A stretch of 64,000 nt of DNA from Minisyncoccota bacterium (GTDB lineage Bacteria > Patescibacteriota > Minisyncoccia > Phycocordibacterales > GWA1-40-21): contig JBAZRH010000002.1 in the NCBI GenBank assembly GCA_041663045.1, positions 193,946-257,945 on the forward strand, read 5' to 3'. Below, in pieces: positions 47,478-57,162 of this stretch. The notes beneath the pieces were generated by a model. It worked only from the letters and a program-made list of their open reading frames with translations. It did not search any database and was not told the DNA's origin. Within the stretch, counting starts at the first letter, position 1. The number at the start of each line of letters is the position of its first letter. Position numbers and translations under genes: made by a program.

Positions 47478-47912
47478 TTAGTATTTTAATATTTCCTTAG
47501 CTTCCTCTCTCATAAACTCTTCTATTAGTATAGGCTTATGTTCTGATTTTTCAATAATATCCTTTGCTGGGATTATAATCATTTGTTTCCACTTTTCGTT
47601 TCTATCATCTTGGCTTGCTGCGTAAACCACACCTCTCATCCTAGCCCAGCAAATTGCCGACATACACATCGGGCAAGGTTCATAAGTAGAATATATCCAA
47701 CAATCACTAAGCCTATTAGTACCCAGTTTTTTACAAGCCTTTCTTATCGCTACAATTTCAGAATGTCCTGTTGCATCATGTGAATCAGAGTATATTGTTC
47801 CACCTGTCTTTATAATTATCTTTTCTCCCTCGGTAATTATTACTCCGACAGTAGAATTTTTTAGGCCGAAATCTATCGCCTCTTGCATTATTTTTTTATC
47901 TGGATGATTCAT
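47478..47912 (-). CDS. Nucleoside/guanine deaminase (CDA/TadA fold)
   Basis: HSE...EPCPMC. Confidence 0.87.
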   Translation of the reverse strand: MNHPDKKIMQEAIDFGLKNSTVGVIITEGEKIIIKTGGTIYSDSHDATGHSEIVAIRKACKKLGTNRLSDCWIYSTYEPCPMCMSAICWARMRGVVYAASQDDRNEKWKQMIIIPAKDIIEKSEHKPILIEEFMREEAKEILKY

Positions 47913-47974
47913 ACCGAAAATTATAACATTTTTCTGTTATTCCCGTGTAGGCGGGAATCAAGTATAATGAAACT

Positions 47975-49714
47975 ATGAAGAATTCTTCGGTAAGAGAGGA
48001 AATAGAGGAGAAATATAGTAAAAATCTGGCGGAATATCCGGAGCTTTTGCGCAAGTTGCTTTTTTATAGAGGTATAAAGACGGCCGAGGAAGCTAGGGAA
48101 TTTTTGAACCCCGACTTTTCTGGGAATCATAATCCATTTTTGATGAAAGATATGGACAAAGCAGTGGAGAGAGTTTTTTCCGCCATCGAGAAAAAAGAAA
48201 AAATAGTGATTTATAGCGATTATGATGCAGACGGTATCCCTGGAGCAGTGGTTTTACACGATTTATTCAAAAAAATATCGGATAATCTCTCCGCCCAAGG
48301 CGGACCAACTTTCAGTTGGAAAAGTTATATTCCTCACAGAGTGCTTGAAGGTTTTGGTTTAAATGATGAAGCTGTGGACCAATTTGCGAAAGAAAAAGTT
48401 GATTTGATAATTACAATAGATTGCGGTATTGCTGATATTGAAGAAGCGAAGAAAATAAAAAAGCTTGGAATAGGTTTGATAATTACAGATCATCATTTGC
48501 CGAAGGAAGAGCTTCCTGAAGCGGTGGCAGTGCTTGACCCGAAGCGTGCAGATTGTAAATATCCAGACAAAAATATTTGCGGGGCAGGCGTTATTTTTAA
48601 ATTTGTGCAGGCATTTTTGCAAAAATACGGTGAGAGATATGGTGTTAAGCTCGGCTGGGAGAAATGGCTTCTCGATATGGTGGGTATTGCGACAGTTTCA
48701 GATATGGTGCCACTTGTGGGAGAAAATCGTCTTTTTGCATATTATGGTTTGAAAGTTTTGAGAAAATCGCCGAGGCCGGGAATTCAAAAACTTCTCTCTA
48801 TTTTGAAAATCGATCAGAAAAATATCACCGAGGACGATATCGGCTTTATGATTTCTCCTCGTATCAATGCCGCATCAAGGATGGGTGAGCCAGAAGATGC
48901 TTTTATCTTACTTTCAACAAAAGATGAAGTGGAAGCAGACAAGATGGCACGGCATTTGGATAAGATAAATAGCGAGAGGAAGGGAATCGTGGCGCAAATG
49001 GTAAAAGAAATCAGGAAACATTGGAATGAAAAAGATCCGGAGAAGAAACGCCGTGTGCTTGTCGCCGGAAATCCGGATTGGAAGCCGTCGCTCCTCGGGC
49101 TTGTGGCGAATTCGCTTTTAGACGATCATAACGGGCCAGTTTTTCTTTGGGGTAGGGAGGAGGGTAGGACTTTGAAGGGCTCTTGCAGGTCGGACGGATG
49201 CGTGGATATAGTAGAGATGATGAAAGATACCGCGCACCTTTTTGATGAATACGGCGGGCATTCGGCGTCGGGCGGATTTTCTGTCGCATTTGAGAAAATA
49301 GATTTGCTTGCGGACGGTCTCGAGCTTGCTTATGAAAAACTAAGTATAAAAAGTGATTCTCTAAAAGAAATAATCGCCGATCTCGTGCTTGATATTGATA
49401 ATGTCAATTATGATTTGGAAAAAGAATTAGCGAGACTCGCACCTTTTGGTATGAATAATACAAAACCGATTTTTGCATTTCAAAAAGTGGAAATATTTGG
49501 TGTAAGAATTTTCGGGAAAAATAATGAGCATTTGGAATTACTTTTTAAAAATAAAAAAGGTGGCAAGGTATCGGCGATTGGCTTTTTTACAAAGCCAGAA
49601 GACTTTGGCACCAAAATAGCTGTCGGTGAAAAAGTAGATTTACTCGCAAATATAGAAAAAAGCACTTTCCGTGGTAGGGCAGAGATACGGCTTAGGATTG
49701 TAGATATTTTCTAA
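47975..49714 (+). CDS. recJ: ssDNA-specific exonuclease RecJ
   Basis: DYDADG, TIDCG, TDHH, PRINA, GGH. Confidence 0.95.
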   Translation: MKNSSVREEIEEKYSKNLAEYPELLRKLLFYRGIKTAEEAREFLNPDFSGNHNPFLMKDMDKAVERVFSAIEKKEKIVIYSDYDADGIPGAVVLHDLFKKISDNLSAQGGPTFSWKSYIPHRVLEGFGLNDEAVDQFAKEKVDLIITIDCGIADIEEAKKIKKLGIGLIITDHHLPKEELPEAVAVLDPKRADCKYPDKNICGAGVIFKFVQAFLQKYGERYGVKLGWEKWLLDMVGIATVSDMVPLVGENRLFAYYGLKVLRKSPRPGIQKLLSILKIDQKNITEDDIGFMISPRINAASRMGEPEDAFILLSTKDEVEADKMARHLDKINSERKGIVAQMVKEIRKHWNEKDPEKKRRVLVAGNPDWKPSLLGLVANSLLDDHNGPVFLWGREEGRTLKGSCRSDGCVDIVEMMKDTAHLFDEYGGHSASGGFSVAFEKIDLLADGLELAYEKLSIKSDSLKEIIADLVLDIDNVNYDLEKELARLAPFGMNNTKPIFAFQKVEIFGVRIFGKNNEHLELLFKNKKGGKVSAIGFFTKPEDFGTKIAVGEKVDLLANIEKSTFRGRAEIRLRIVDIF

Positions 49715-49833
49715 TTTACGGCTAATATACTAAGTTCATTTCACTATTGACTTTTATACGCAAGTCTGCTATCCTTTTAGGACACAAAATACAACATAGT
49801 GTTGCGTTTTAAATTTAGGGAAGGCGGTGTTCT

Positions 49834-50382
49834 TTGAAAGAAATCATTGGGATAGCTGGAGGTATCATCTCTGGTGCAAATCTTGTCTTTTTTGCTTGGC
49901 AGATCTTGGTCAAGAAAGTGGAAGCGCCAAGCATAGCAAGTTGGGTTCTCTGGACCGTGCTTGATGTGATGTTGCTCATCACGACCGTTATCTCTGGTAA
50001 GCCTATGTGGTTACCGTTGAGTTACACGATTGGGGCGACTGCAGTCACCGCATTATGTCTCGTGCGTGGCAAATGGTCATGGTCTTACAAGGAGACTGTG
50101 TGTGCTGTGGCTACGGTTATCGCGGCATATTTCTGGCAAACTCAGGGTGCATCTGTTGGGGTACTTGCTGGAGTTGTCGCCATGACGGTTGCTGGCACAC
50201 CTCTCTACATAGATATGATCCGAGAACCAATTCGTGGTACATTCTATGTCTGGGCTGTAACGGCTCTGGCGTGTGTGCTGACGTTGTTGGCCTCTGATTG
50301 GAGTTTCATTGGTACGATACTTGCATGGGGTGGCCTGGTATTTAATGGCTCACTAGCGCTTATAGTGTTACGAGGAAAATGA
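49834..50382 (+). CDS. Hypothetical multi-TM protein (orphan cassette)
   Basis: TTGACT promoter at 49747, GTTCTTTGAAA at the start, terminator at about 50389-50428. Confidence 0.7.
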   Translation: MKEIIGIAGGIISGANLVFFAWQILVKKVEAPSIASWVLWTVLDVMLLITTVISGKPMWLPLSYTIGATAVTALCLVRGKWSWSYKETVCAVATVIAAYFWQTQGASVGVLAGVVAMTVAGTPLYIDMIREPIRGTFYVWAVTALACVLTLLASDWSFIGTILAWGGLVFNGSLALIVLRGK

Positions 50383-50476
50383 GATCAAATAGCGACAAAT
50401 CCTATGGAGGGTTTGTCGCTATTATTTTTATTCTGCTTGCGAATTTTGAAAAATTAAGTTAGATTATTGAAGTCAG

Positions 50477-50563
50477 GGAAGAGTGGCTGAGTGGTTTAAA
50501 GCACCGGTCTTGAAAACCGGAGGGCTCGCAAGGGTCCCGTGAGTTCGAATCTCACCTCTTCCG
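50477..50563 (+). tRNA. tRNA-Ser(UGA)
   Basis: GGAAGAG acceptor, CCGGT-CTTGAAA-ACCGG, long variable arm. Confidence 0.93.
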
Positions 50564-50800
50564 CATTAACAAAAAATGCCGATAATAAATATCGGTATTT
50601 TTTGTTAACTATGCGAAAGCTTGCCGAGATTCGAACGGCGGAGCACACGGAGCGAAGCGGAGTCTGTCGCGAGCACGCGACAGGCACGAGCCGGTGCCCA
50701 ACCCGAATCCGAGCGACGGCGAGGATGAGAGGTGCGGGCGAATCTCACCTCTTCCGCATTAACAAAAAATGCCGATATTTATTATCGGTGTTTTTTGTTT
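50564..50800 (+). repeat. tRNA-associated structured element (Ser copy)
   Basis: Inverted T-arm 50626-50636; GAGCGACGGCGAG at 50711; 39 nt direct repeat 50739-50777 = 50546-50584. Confidence 0.85.
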
Positions 50801-50802
50801 TG

Positions 50803-51036
50803 TTAAATATTCTGAGTTTGTTTTTTCTCTTTTATATAAAGATATGCGAGATATACTATCTCTGCGATACCTATTGTGTTTAGAAAAGCCAAAATGATAA
50901 AAATCACGAGATGATCATTTTTGGATGCCTTCCACAAAGCGATAAGTTTCCAAATGATGGACCAAATTATTATTAAGACTATCCACGGGTGCGCTGTAAA
51001 ATATGCCGACAGCGCTGCGTTTAATTGTGTATCCAT
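50803..51036 (-). CDS. DUF5652-like small membrane protein
   Basis: WSIIWKLIALWKAS..NTIGI.EI.Y. Confidence 0.78.
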   Translation of the reverse strand: MDTQLNAALSAYFTAHPWIVLIIIWSIIWKLIALWKASKNDHLVIFIILAFLNTIGIAEIVYLAYLYIKEKKQTQNI

Positions 51037-51083
51037 AATGTAGAATTATATCACTTTTTTAAAAAATAGTGTAGAATGATTTC

Positions 51084-51836
51084 ATGAAATATTTAGGAAT
51101 TGATTATGGAGAGAAAAGGGTAGGGATAGCCATATCTGACAATGATGGAAAGGTAGCCTTTCCCAAGATTGTCTTTGAGAATAACACTGACCTTTTTAAA
51201 AGAATATCTGAATTTTGTATAGAAAACAAAGTGGAGGCTATCGTCGTGGGAGAATCGAAAAATTACAAAGGTGAAGAAAACAAAATAAATCCCAAGATAA
51301 TTTCTTTCAAGAGAGAACTATCTGGTCTTATTAAACTACCAATTTCACTTGAACCAGAATTTATGTCTTCGATGCAGGTAGAGAAAACTTTTGGTAAGAC
51401 AGAAATGCTCGATGCTTCTGCCGCTTCGATAATTTTGCAGACATTCTTAGATAAAGAAAAAAATAGACAGGAGAAAAAAAAGCAAGCCGAGGCGACAATT
51501 GCCGACAAAAAAATAACTTATGACGATTTCAAAAAAGTCGAGATGAAAATAGGGAAAATACTTTCTGTCGAGCCGGTTGCCGGTTCTGATAAGCTTTTGA
51601 AACTCTCTGTCGATTTCGCAGAAGGCACACCAAGGCAGATTCTTTCTGGGATCGCCAAGTATTTTTCTGATTATCAGACACTTGTCGGAAAGAAAGTCGC
51701 TTTCGTCACCAACCTTGAGTCTAGGGAAATGATGGGACTTCAGAGTAACGGTATGATTCTTGCTGCACATACTGGTGATAGTCTCGCTATCATGGAAGTT
51801 CCGGATTTTATAAAAGAGGGGACAGAACTAAGTTAA
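51084..51836 (+). CDS. RuvX/YqgF resolvase-like nuclease fused to an OB-fold tRNA-binding domain
   Basis: LGIDYGEKRVGIAISD...DASAASIIL, then DDFKKVEMKIG..DKLL..RQILSGI..NL..SNGMIL. Confidence 0.85.
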   Translation: MKYLGIDYGEKRVGIAISDNDGKVAFPKIVFENNTDLFKRISEFCIENKVEAIVVGESKNYKGEENKINPKIISFKRELSGLIKLPISLEPEFMSSMQVEKTFGKTEMLDASAASIILQTFLDKEKNRQEKKKQAEATIADKKITYDDFKKVEMKIGKILSVEPVAGSDKLLKLSVDFAEGTPRQILSGIAKYFSDYQTLVGKKVAFVTNLESREMMGLQSNGMILAAHTGDSLAIMEVPDFIKEGTELS

Positions 51837-51837
51837 A

Positions 51838-52452
51838 ATGATACAAGACATTTTTAATATTATTGATCCAATCACGATAATAAAAGCTCTCGGACTCATT
51901 GGGGTTCTATCTATTGTATTTGCCGAGTCCGGGCTTTTTTTCGGTTTCTTTTTTCCTGGCGATTCTCTTCTCTTCACCGCTGGACTCTTTGCTTCGCAAG
52001 GTTTCCTAAACATTTATATACTTTTATTCGGATCTTTTCTTATGGCAATTCTCGGCGATAGTTTTGGATACTGGTTTGGTAAAAAAGTTGGTCCAAAAAT
52101 TTTTACAAAAGAAGATTCCATTTTCTTCCATAAGAAACACGTTGAAAGGGCACAAATATTTTATGCAAAATATGGCAATAAAACAATAATATTAGCCAGA
52201 TTTATGCCGATTATTCGTACCTTTGCACCAATATTGGCTGGTGTCGGCCTCATGAAATATAGGAATTTTATCACTTATAATATAGTGGGTGGATTTTTGT
52301 GGTCATTTCTTATGGTTTTGGGTGGTTTCATACTAGGAAATGTTGTACCGAACGTAGATAGATATATTTTACCGATAGTATCTTTGATAATAATTATTTC
52401 AATAATTCCAATTTTTGTTGAAGCGTACAAGTCGTCTAGAAAGCTAAAGTAG
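51838..52452 (+). CDS. DedA/VTT family membrane protein
   Basis: FAESGL..FPGDSLLF, ARFMPIIRTF. Confidence 0.92.
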   Translation: MIQDIFNIIDPITIIKALGLIGVLSIVFAESGLFFGFFFPGDSLLFTAGLFASQGFLNIYILLFGSFLMAILGDSFGYWFGKKVGPKIFTKEDSIFFHKKHVERAQIFYAKYGNKTIILARFMPIIRTFAPILAGVGLMKYRNFITYNIVGGFLWSFLMVLGGFILGNVVPNVDRYILPIVSLIIIISIIPIFVEAYKSSRKLK

Positions 52453-52498
52453 TACATTTCCATTTTTTCTTAAAAAAGATATAATTATACAAGCTTTT

Positions 52499-53584
52499 AT
52501 GAAGTTTGATTTTTTAAAAAGAATTTGTTGCCCTCCGGAATACCTTGCAATGTCATCTGCTGGTATTGAGATTGGGAATAAATTTATAAGATTTGTAGAA
52601 TTTGGAAACGAAGGAGGTAGAACAATCCTTTCCAATTTTGGCGAGGTCTCTCTTGGGCAGGATACTGTTAAGGACGGACAGATTTTAAATAGGGACGCGT
52701 TAGTTCAGGCATTGAAAGTGGTTAAAGAAAAGATTTCTAGCGATTTTGTTAGGGTCTCTATACCGGAAGAGGGGACTTATATCTTTAATACAGTGATACC
52801 TAGGCTTAATAAAAACGAGATAAGGTCAGCACTAGAATTTAAGCTTGAAGAAAATGTTCCGTTGAAAGTAGATGAGGCTGTCTTTGAGTATGAAATCGTA
52901 AATGGTAAAGAAGACGGTAATGATGATATGTTTTTGGGTGTTTCTGTGATTTCAAGACAGATGATAAACAACTATCTTGAGGTATTCGAGCTAGCCGATT
53001 TAAAGATAGTGTCTTTTGAACTTGAGTCGAAAATGGCTGCAAAAGCAATCGTTCCAAGTAATTATAATGTCACAGTATTAGTGGTTGATATTAAACGAGA
53101 TTCTACTATTTTATCTGTTGTTATTGGTGGAAGAGTTCGCTTCTCATCTGTTGTCTCTGTGGGTGAGTCCAGTATGATTAGCTGTCTAAAGAGAATAAAT
53201 AAAGATAATTCAGTTTCAGATAAAATACCACTTTCGTTTCTAGATTTAAATGATAATCTTGGCGTTGAAGCATTTGATTCTCTTTTAAATATATACTCTA
53301 TACTTAAGGATGAAATAGAGAAATTCAATACATACTGGTTAACTCAAACAGCAAATACAGAGACCTCTAGGTCTGATAAACCTCGTAAAATAGTTTTCTG
53401 CGGCAGAAGCGCTGCCTTGCCAGGATTTCTAAATCATATTAGTCAAAGTCTTGGAATAGAGACTATTCTAGCTAATGTCTGGGTAAATGCTATAGACACA
53501 GATAAATTTCTGCCAACACTCGGATTTGTCGATTCACTAGATTATGCTACTGCAATAGGTCTCGCCATGCCTTGTAAAGAATAA
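52499..53584 (+). CDS. pilM: Type IV pilus assembly protein PilM-like
   Basis: Actin-like fold GIEIG, ENVP, CGRSA.LPG, YATAIGLAM; first gene of a PilMNO-like operon. Confidence 0.8.
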   Translation: MKFDFLKRICCPPEYLAMSSAGIEIGNKFIRFVEFGNEGGRTILSNFGEVSLGQDTVKDGQILNRDALVQALKVVKEKISSDFVRVSIPEEGTYIFNTVIPRLNKNEIRSALEFKLEENVPLKVDEAVFEYEIVNGKEDGNDDMFLGVSVISRQMINNYLEVFELADLKIVSFELESKMAAKAIVPSNYNVTVLVVDIKRDSTILSVVIGGRVRFSSVVSVGESSMISCLKRINKDNSVSDKIPLSFLDLNDNLGVEAFDSLLNIYSILKDEIEKFNTYWLTQTANTETSRSDKPRKIVFCGRSAALPGFLNHISQSLGIETILANVWVNAIDTDKFLPTLGFVDSLDYATAIGLAMPCKE

Positions 53585-53587
53585 TTT

Positions 53588-54127
53588 ATGACAAAATTTT
53601 TACCAGGACAATTAAAGGATGAAGTTAAGAAAGAATATCTATCTAGATTATTTATAGTCTTTTTGTTTTTGCTTCTAGTCGTAATGATTATTTCAATTTG
53701 TTTCTTATTACCATCAAGCTTTCTATCTAAGGTCAGAGGCTCGGTTGTAGATCAACAGCTTTCTAGTATAAAGACTGTAACCATTAAAGGAGACTCTTCT
53801 TTTGCAGAGGATATTAAAAAGATTAATGAGACGATCAGCGCCTTATCTCTTAGTATAGATAATAAAGACCAGCTCAATTCTTTATTGAAGAAAATGCTTG
53901 CTGTTAAGAATGGTGATATAAGAATCTCCGCAATATCTCTTTCGATTGATCCAAATAGGATGAAGGTACTCTCTGTTAGGGGTATTTCTGCTGCGAGGGA
54001 TAGTTTGATAATGTTTGTAAAGGACATTAAAAGCCTTGGGATTTTTAATTCTGTAGATTTTCCTGTTTCTAATCTTATAAAAAATTCCAATGTTGATTTT
54101 ACAATCGGTTTAATATTAAATAAATAA
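53588..54127 (+). CDS. PilN-like protein
   Basis: FLP motif, N-terminal TM, G.SAARDSL..F; position after pilM. Confidence 0.65.
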   Translation: MTKFLPGQLKDEVKKEYLSRLFIVFLFLLLVVMIISICFLLPSSFLSKVRGSVVDQQLSSIKTVTIKGDSSFAEDIKKINETISALSLSIDNKDQLNSLLKKMLAVKNGDIRISAISLSIDPNRMKVLSVRGISAARDSLIMFVKDIKSLGIFNSVDFPVSNLIKNSNVDFTIGLILNK

Positions 54128-54128
54128 G

Positions 54129-54689
54129 ATGATATTATCAGAGACGAAGAATAAACTCATAATGATTTTAATAGCCGATATTATTGCTGTCTCTATTTTT
54201 GTATTTATTTTATGGGATATTAATTCCATTAATAATAAGTTTACTCTAAAGGCATTTGAGATAAAATCTGAAGCTGATAAACAAGATACTTTTTTCTCTA
54301 CTAAAAGAGATTGGGGAGAGAATAATGTAAAAATTAACAATCTTGATAGTTACGTGATGTCTTCAGATGGTGTAGCGAACTTTATAGAAAGACTTGGGAG
54401 TTTGACACTGAATAATGGTCTAAAGTCAGAAGTAAAATCAATTTCATTCGGCACAGTTTCTGGTAGAAACTATCGAAATATCGAATTGGTTGATATAAAG
54501 ATAGACGTGATAGGAGAGTGGAGAAATGTGGAATATTTTCTAGAGATCTTAGAGAACTATCCATTAGCAATCGATATAAAGAGTTTTAATATGAGTAAGT
54601 TCTCAGATTATGAGAAAAATAATAAAAAAATATCTCAATGGCTCGGAAGCTTTGAATTTACGGTAGTTAAGCTTAAAGAGAAAAAATAG
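54129..54689 (+). CDS. PilO-like protein
   Basis: N-terminal TM, G.W.....FL..LENYP; synteny. Confidence 0.62.
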   Translation: MILSETKNKLIMILIADIIAVSIFVFILWDINSINNKFTLKAFEIKSEADKQDTFFSTKRDWGENNVKINNLDSYVMSSDGVANFIERLGSLTLNNGLKSEVKSISFGTVSGRNYRNIELVDIKIDVIGEWRNVEYFLEILENYPLAIDIKSFNMSKFSDYEKNNKKISQWLGSFEFTVVKLKEKK

Positions 54690-54690
54690 T

Positions 54691-55011
54691 ATGAAAGATT
54701 TTAAAGAAAAGATAAAAAGTCTTTGGAGGGAAGAGAAAACATTTACTTCCCTTGATATTTTTAGACCACACAGAGATTGGAAGACGCTTATTGTCCTGTC
54801 TTTCCTTGTTCTTATAGCTTTATTAACTTTTGACTATTTGGTTTACAGAGATATAAATAATGAGAAGATGTTTGTAGAGGGGAACAATTTGTCAGGAAGC
54901 ATAGAAAGATTAAAAACAGAAGATATGGATAAAGTAAATATTTATTTTAATGGTAAAAAAGAAGCGATTTCTAGTTTAGAGAAAAAACCTCTTCTTGACC
55001 CGTCACTGTAA
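54691..55011 (+). CDS. Hypothetical single-TM protein, last gene of the pil operon
   Basis: PHRDW..TM..DPSL. Confidence 0.65.
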   Translation: MKDFKEKIKSLWREEKTFTSLDIFRPHRDWKTLIVLSFLVLIALLTFDYLVYRDINNEKMFVEGNNLSGSIERLKTEDMDKVNIYFNGKKEAISSLEKKPLLDPSL

Positions 55012-55108
55012 AAATGTTAAATTGCCTATTGTCTGGTATTGATTTGCCCTAAAATATCTTTATTACAAAAATATTCGGGCGAACATCTTATCAGAATTAA
55101 ATGTTTCA

Positions 55109-55180
55109 GCCGCCATAGTTCAATGGATAGAACAGAGCTCTTCTAAGGCTTTGATGTAGGTTCGATTCCTACTGGCGGCA
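55109..55180 (+). tRNA. tRNA-Arg(UCU)
   Basis: GCCGCCA acceptor, CTTCTAA loop, GGTTCGATTCC. Confidence 0.92.
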
Positions 55181-55476
55181 CAAAATGAAAAAGGTGGAAA
55201 TCAATCCGCCTTTTTCATTTTGTGTCGCCAAGCAAGCAAACTGCTTTGCTTGCGGGTAGGAATCGAACAGCGGAACTATGTTTTTTCAGCAGAAAAAACT
55301 AGTGAGCTGGTGCCCAGACTTTTTCGAGCGACGGCGAGAAAAAAGTCGAGGGAGATAAGCGAAGTGGTCCTGCTGGAATCGAAGCCCCATTGAGCGTTTT
55401 TTGTAATTTCTGAATGAACAAAAAATCCAATGGGGGGGGTACTGACCCTGTAAGGGTCGATATCCTGCTGGCGGCT
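55181..55476 (+). repeat. tRNA-associated structured element (Arg-UCU copy)
   Basis: Inverted T-arm 55256-55268; GAGCTGGTGCCC at 55304; GAGCGACGGCGAG at 55326; degenerate 3' duplicate 55458-55475. Confidence 0.8.
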
Positions 55477-55516
55477 TTTTGTAAAATCTCTCTCTTTGTG
55501 TTATAAATGTCTGGTT

Positions 55517-55589
55517 GGGCGATTAGCTCAGTTGGTAGAGCGCTTCATTTACACTGAAGATGTCACAGGTTCGAGTCCTGTATCGCCCA
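55517..55589 (+). tRNA. tRNA-Val(UAC)
   Basis: GGGCGAT acceptor, CTTCA-TTTACAC-TGAAG. Confidence 0.93.
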
Positions 55590-55742
55590 CAGGCAAAAAG
55601 AGGGCAAATGCGAAAACTTGAAGTATTTGTTCTCTTTTTGGCTAATGATACAGGATTCGAAAGACGGAACACGACGGTGTGAGTCGGGGTCGCAGGATTT
55701 TCTAGCAGGAAAATACCTGTGACCGAGTCCTGTATCGCCCAC
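55590..55742 (+). repeat. tRNA-associated structured element (Val copy)
   Basis: Inverted T-arm 55647-55661; GAGTCGGGGTCG at 55681; 19 nt duplicate 55724-55742. Confidence 0.87.
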
Positions 55743-55748
55743 TTTTTT

Positions 55749-56492
55749 ATGAAAAAATCCCCAGAAATAGAAATACTATATGAAGATAAAGACGCATTGG
55801 TTATAAACAAACCTGCTGGGCTTATTGTGCATCCCGACGGGCATACAGAAGAACCGACCCTCGTGGACTGGATTTTGAAGAAGTATCCGAGAATGAAAAA
55901 AGTTGGCGAACCACTTGTACTTTCGGATGGCACGGAAATCTTCCGCCCAGGGATTGTCCATAGAATAGACCGCGATACTTCTGGTGCACTTATTATTGCC
56001 AAGAATCAGAAAGCCTACGAATTCTTGAAAGGTCAATTTAAAGCGAGAAAGGTTCATAAAATCTATCATGCATTTATTTATGGGAATTTAAAAGAAGACA
56101 GAGGAATGATAGACCGCCCGATAGGTAGAAGTCCGAACGATTTCAGAAAATGGTCTGCACAGAGAGGGGCAAGAGGTGAACTTCGTCCGGCAACCACATA
56201 TTTTAGAGTGCTCGCAAGAAAAGACGGCATTACTTTCATTGAAGCAATACCAAAAACCGGTAGAACGCATCAAATCCGCACACATTTTAAAGCTATAAAC
56301 TATCCTGTGGTGCAAGATCATCTTTATGCCACCAGGAATCTTTTGGATCAAAAGAATCAAGCAGGATTCAAAAGGCTCGCCCTTCATGCCAAAGAGCTTG
56401 AGATTAAGATTTCACCGGAGAAGACTATAAATATTAAAGCCCCGTACCCGAGAGATTTCGATAAAGCAGTGAAAGAAATAAATAAAGTTTAG
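55749..56492 (+). CDS. RluA/RluD-family pseudouridine synthase
   Basis: [23 protein letters not shown]; start placed at MKKSP. Confidence 0.93.
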   Translation: MKKSPEIEILYEDKDALVINKPAGLIVHPDGHTEEPTLVDWILKKYPRMKKVGEPLVLSDGTEIFRPGIVHRIDRDTSGALIIAKNQKAYEFLKGQFKARKVHKIYHAFIYGNLKEDRGMIDRPIGRSPNDFRKWSAQRGARGELRPATTYFRVLARKDGITFIEAIPKTGRTHQIRTHFKAINYPVVQDHLYATRNLLDQKNQAGFKRLALHAKELEIKISPEKTINIKAPYPRDFDKAVKEINKV

Positions 56493-56532
56493 CTTGCTAA
56501 TTGAGGCTGATTATGTTAAATTACTCATCACT

Positions 56533-56991
56533 ATGGAATTAAAGAATATCAAAGTGGCACCGATAGATGTTGAAGCAAGAAAGAATGTAGACATAAGACC
56601 AGGAGATACCGTTCGTGTCTGGCAGAAAATTCAGGAAGGCGAAAAATCAAGACTTCAAGCTTTTGAAGGTGTTGTCCTTGCTAAAAAACACGGCAAAGAA
56701 AATGGCGGAACATTTACCGTAAGAAAAGTTATAGACAGTGTTGGAGTAGAGAGAATCTTTCCGTTATACTCACCAATTATAGATGAAATCGAAGTTTTGA
56801 AGAGAGCAAAAGTCAGAAGATCAAAACTTTACTTTATCAGAGAAAAAGCCGCAAAAGATATAAGAAAGAGAATGAAGAGCGAACTTTTAGAGGCAAGAAA
56901 AGAATCAAATACAGATACTTCCGAAGCCAAGAAAGTAAAAGAAGAAGTAAAAAAGGCAGAAGTGGAAGCAAAAGCAGAAGAGAAGAAATAA
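56533..56991 (+). CDS. rplS: 50S ribosomal protein L19
   Basis: [30 protein letters not shown]. Confidence 0.96.
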   Translation: MELKNIKVAPIDVEARKNVDIRPGDTVRVWQKIQEGEKSRLQAFEGVVLAKKHGKENGGTFTVRKVIDSVGVERIFPLYSPIIDEIEVLKRAKVRRSKLYFIREKAAKDIRKRMKSELLEARKESNTDTSEAKKVKEEVKKAEVEAKAEEKK

Positions 56992-57078
56992 AAAAAGAAA
57001 AGCCGCGCCCTTCGGGCGCGGCTTTTTATAAGAGATTGAAAATAAGGGTAAATCTGCTATTATGAGAAAGTTCGAAAT

Positions 57079-57162
57079 GCACGGGTGGCGAAACTGGTAG
57101 ACGCACTACCTTGAGGTGGTAGCGCCCGTAAGGGCGTGGAGGTTCGAGTCCTCTCCCGTGCA
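57079..57162 (+). tRNA. tRNA-Leu(GAG)
   Basis: GCACGGG acceptor, CTACC-TTGAGGT-GGTAG, long variable arm. Confidence 0.93.
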
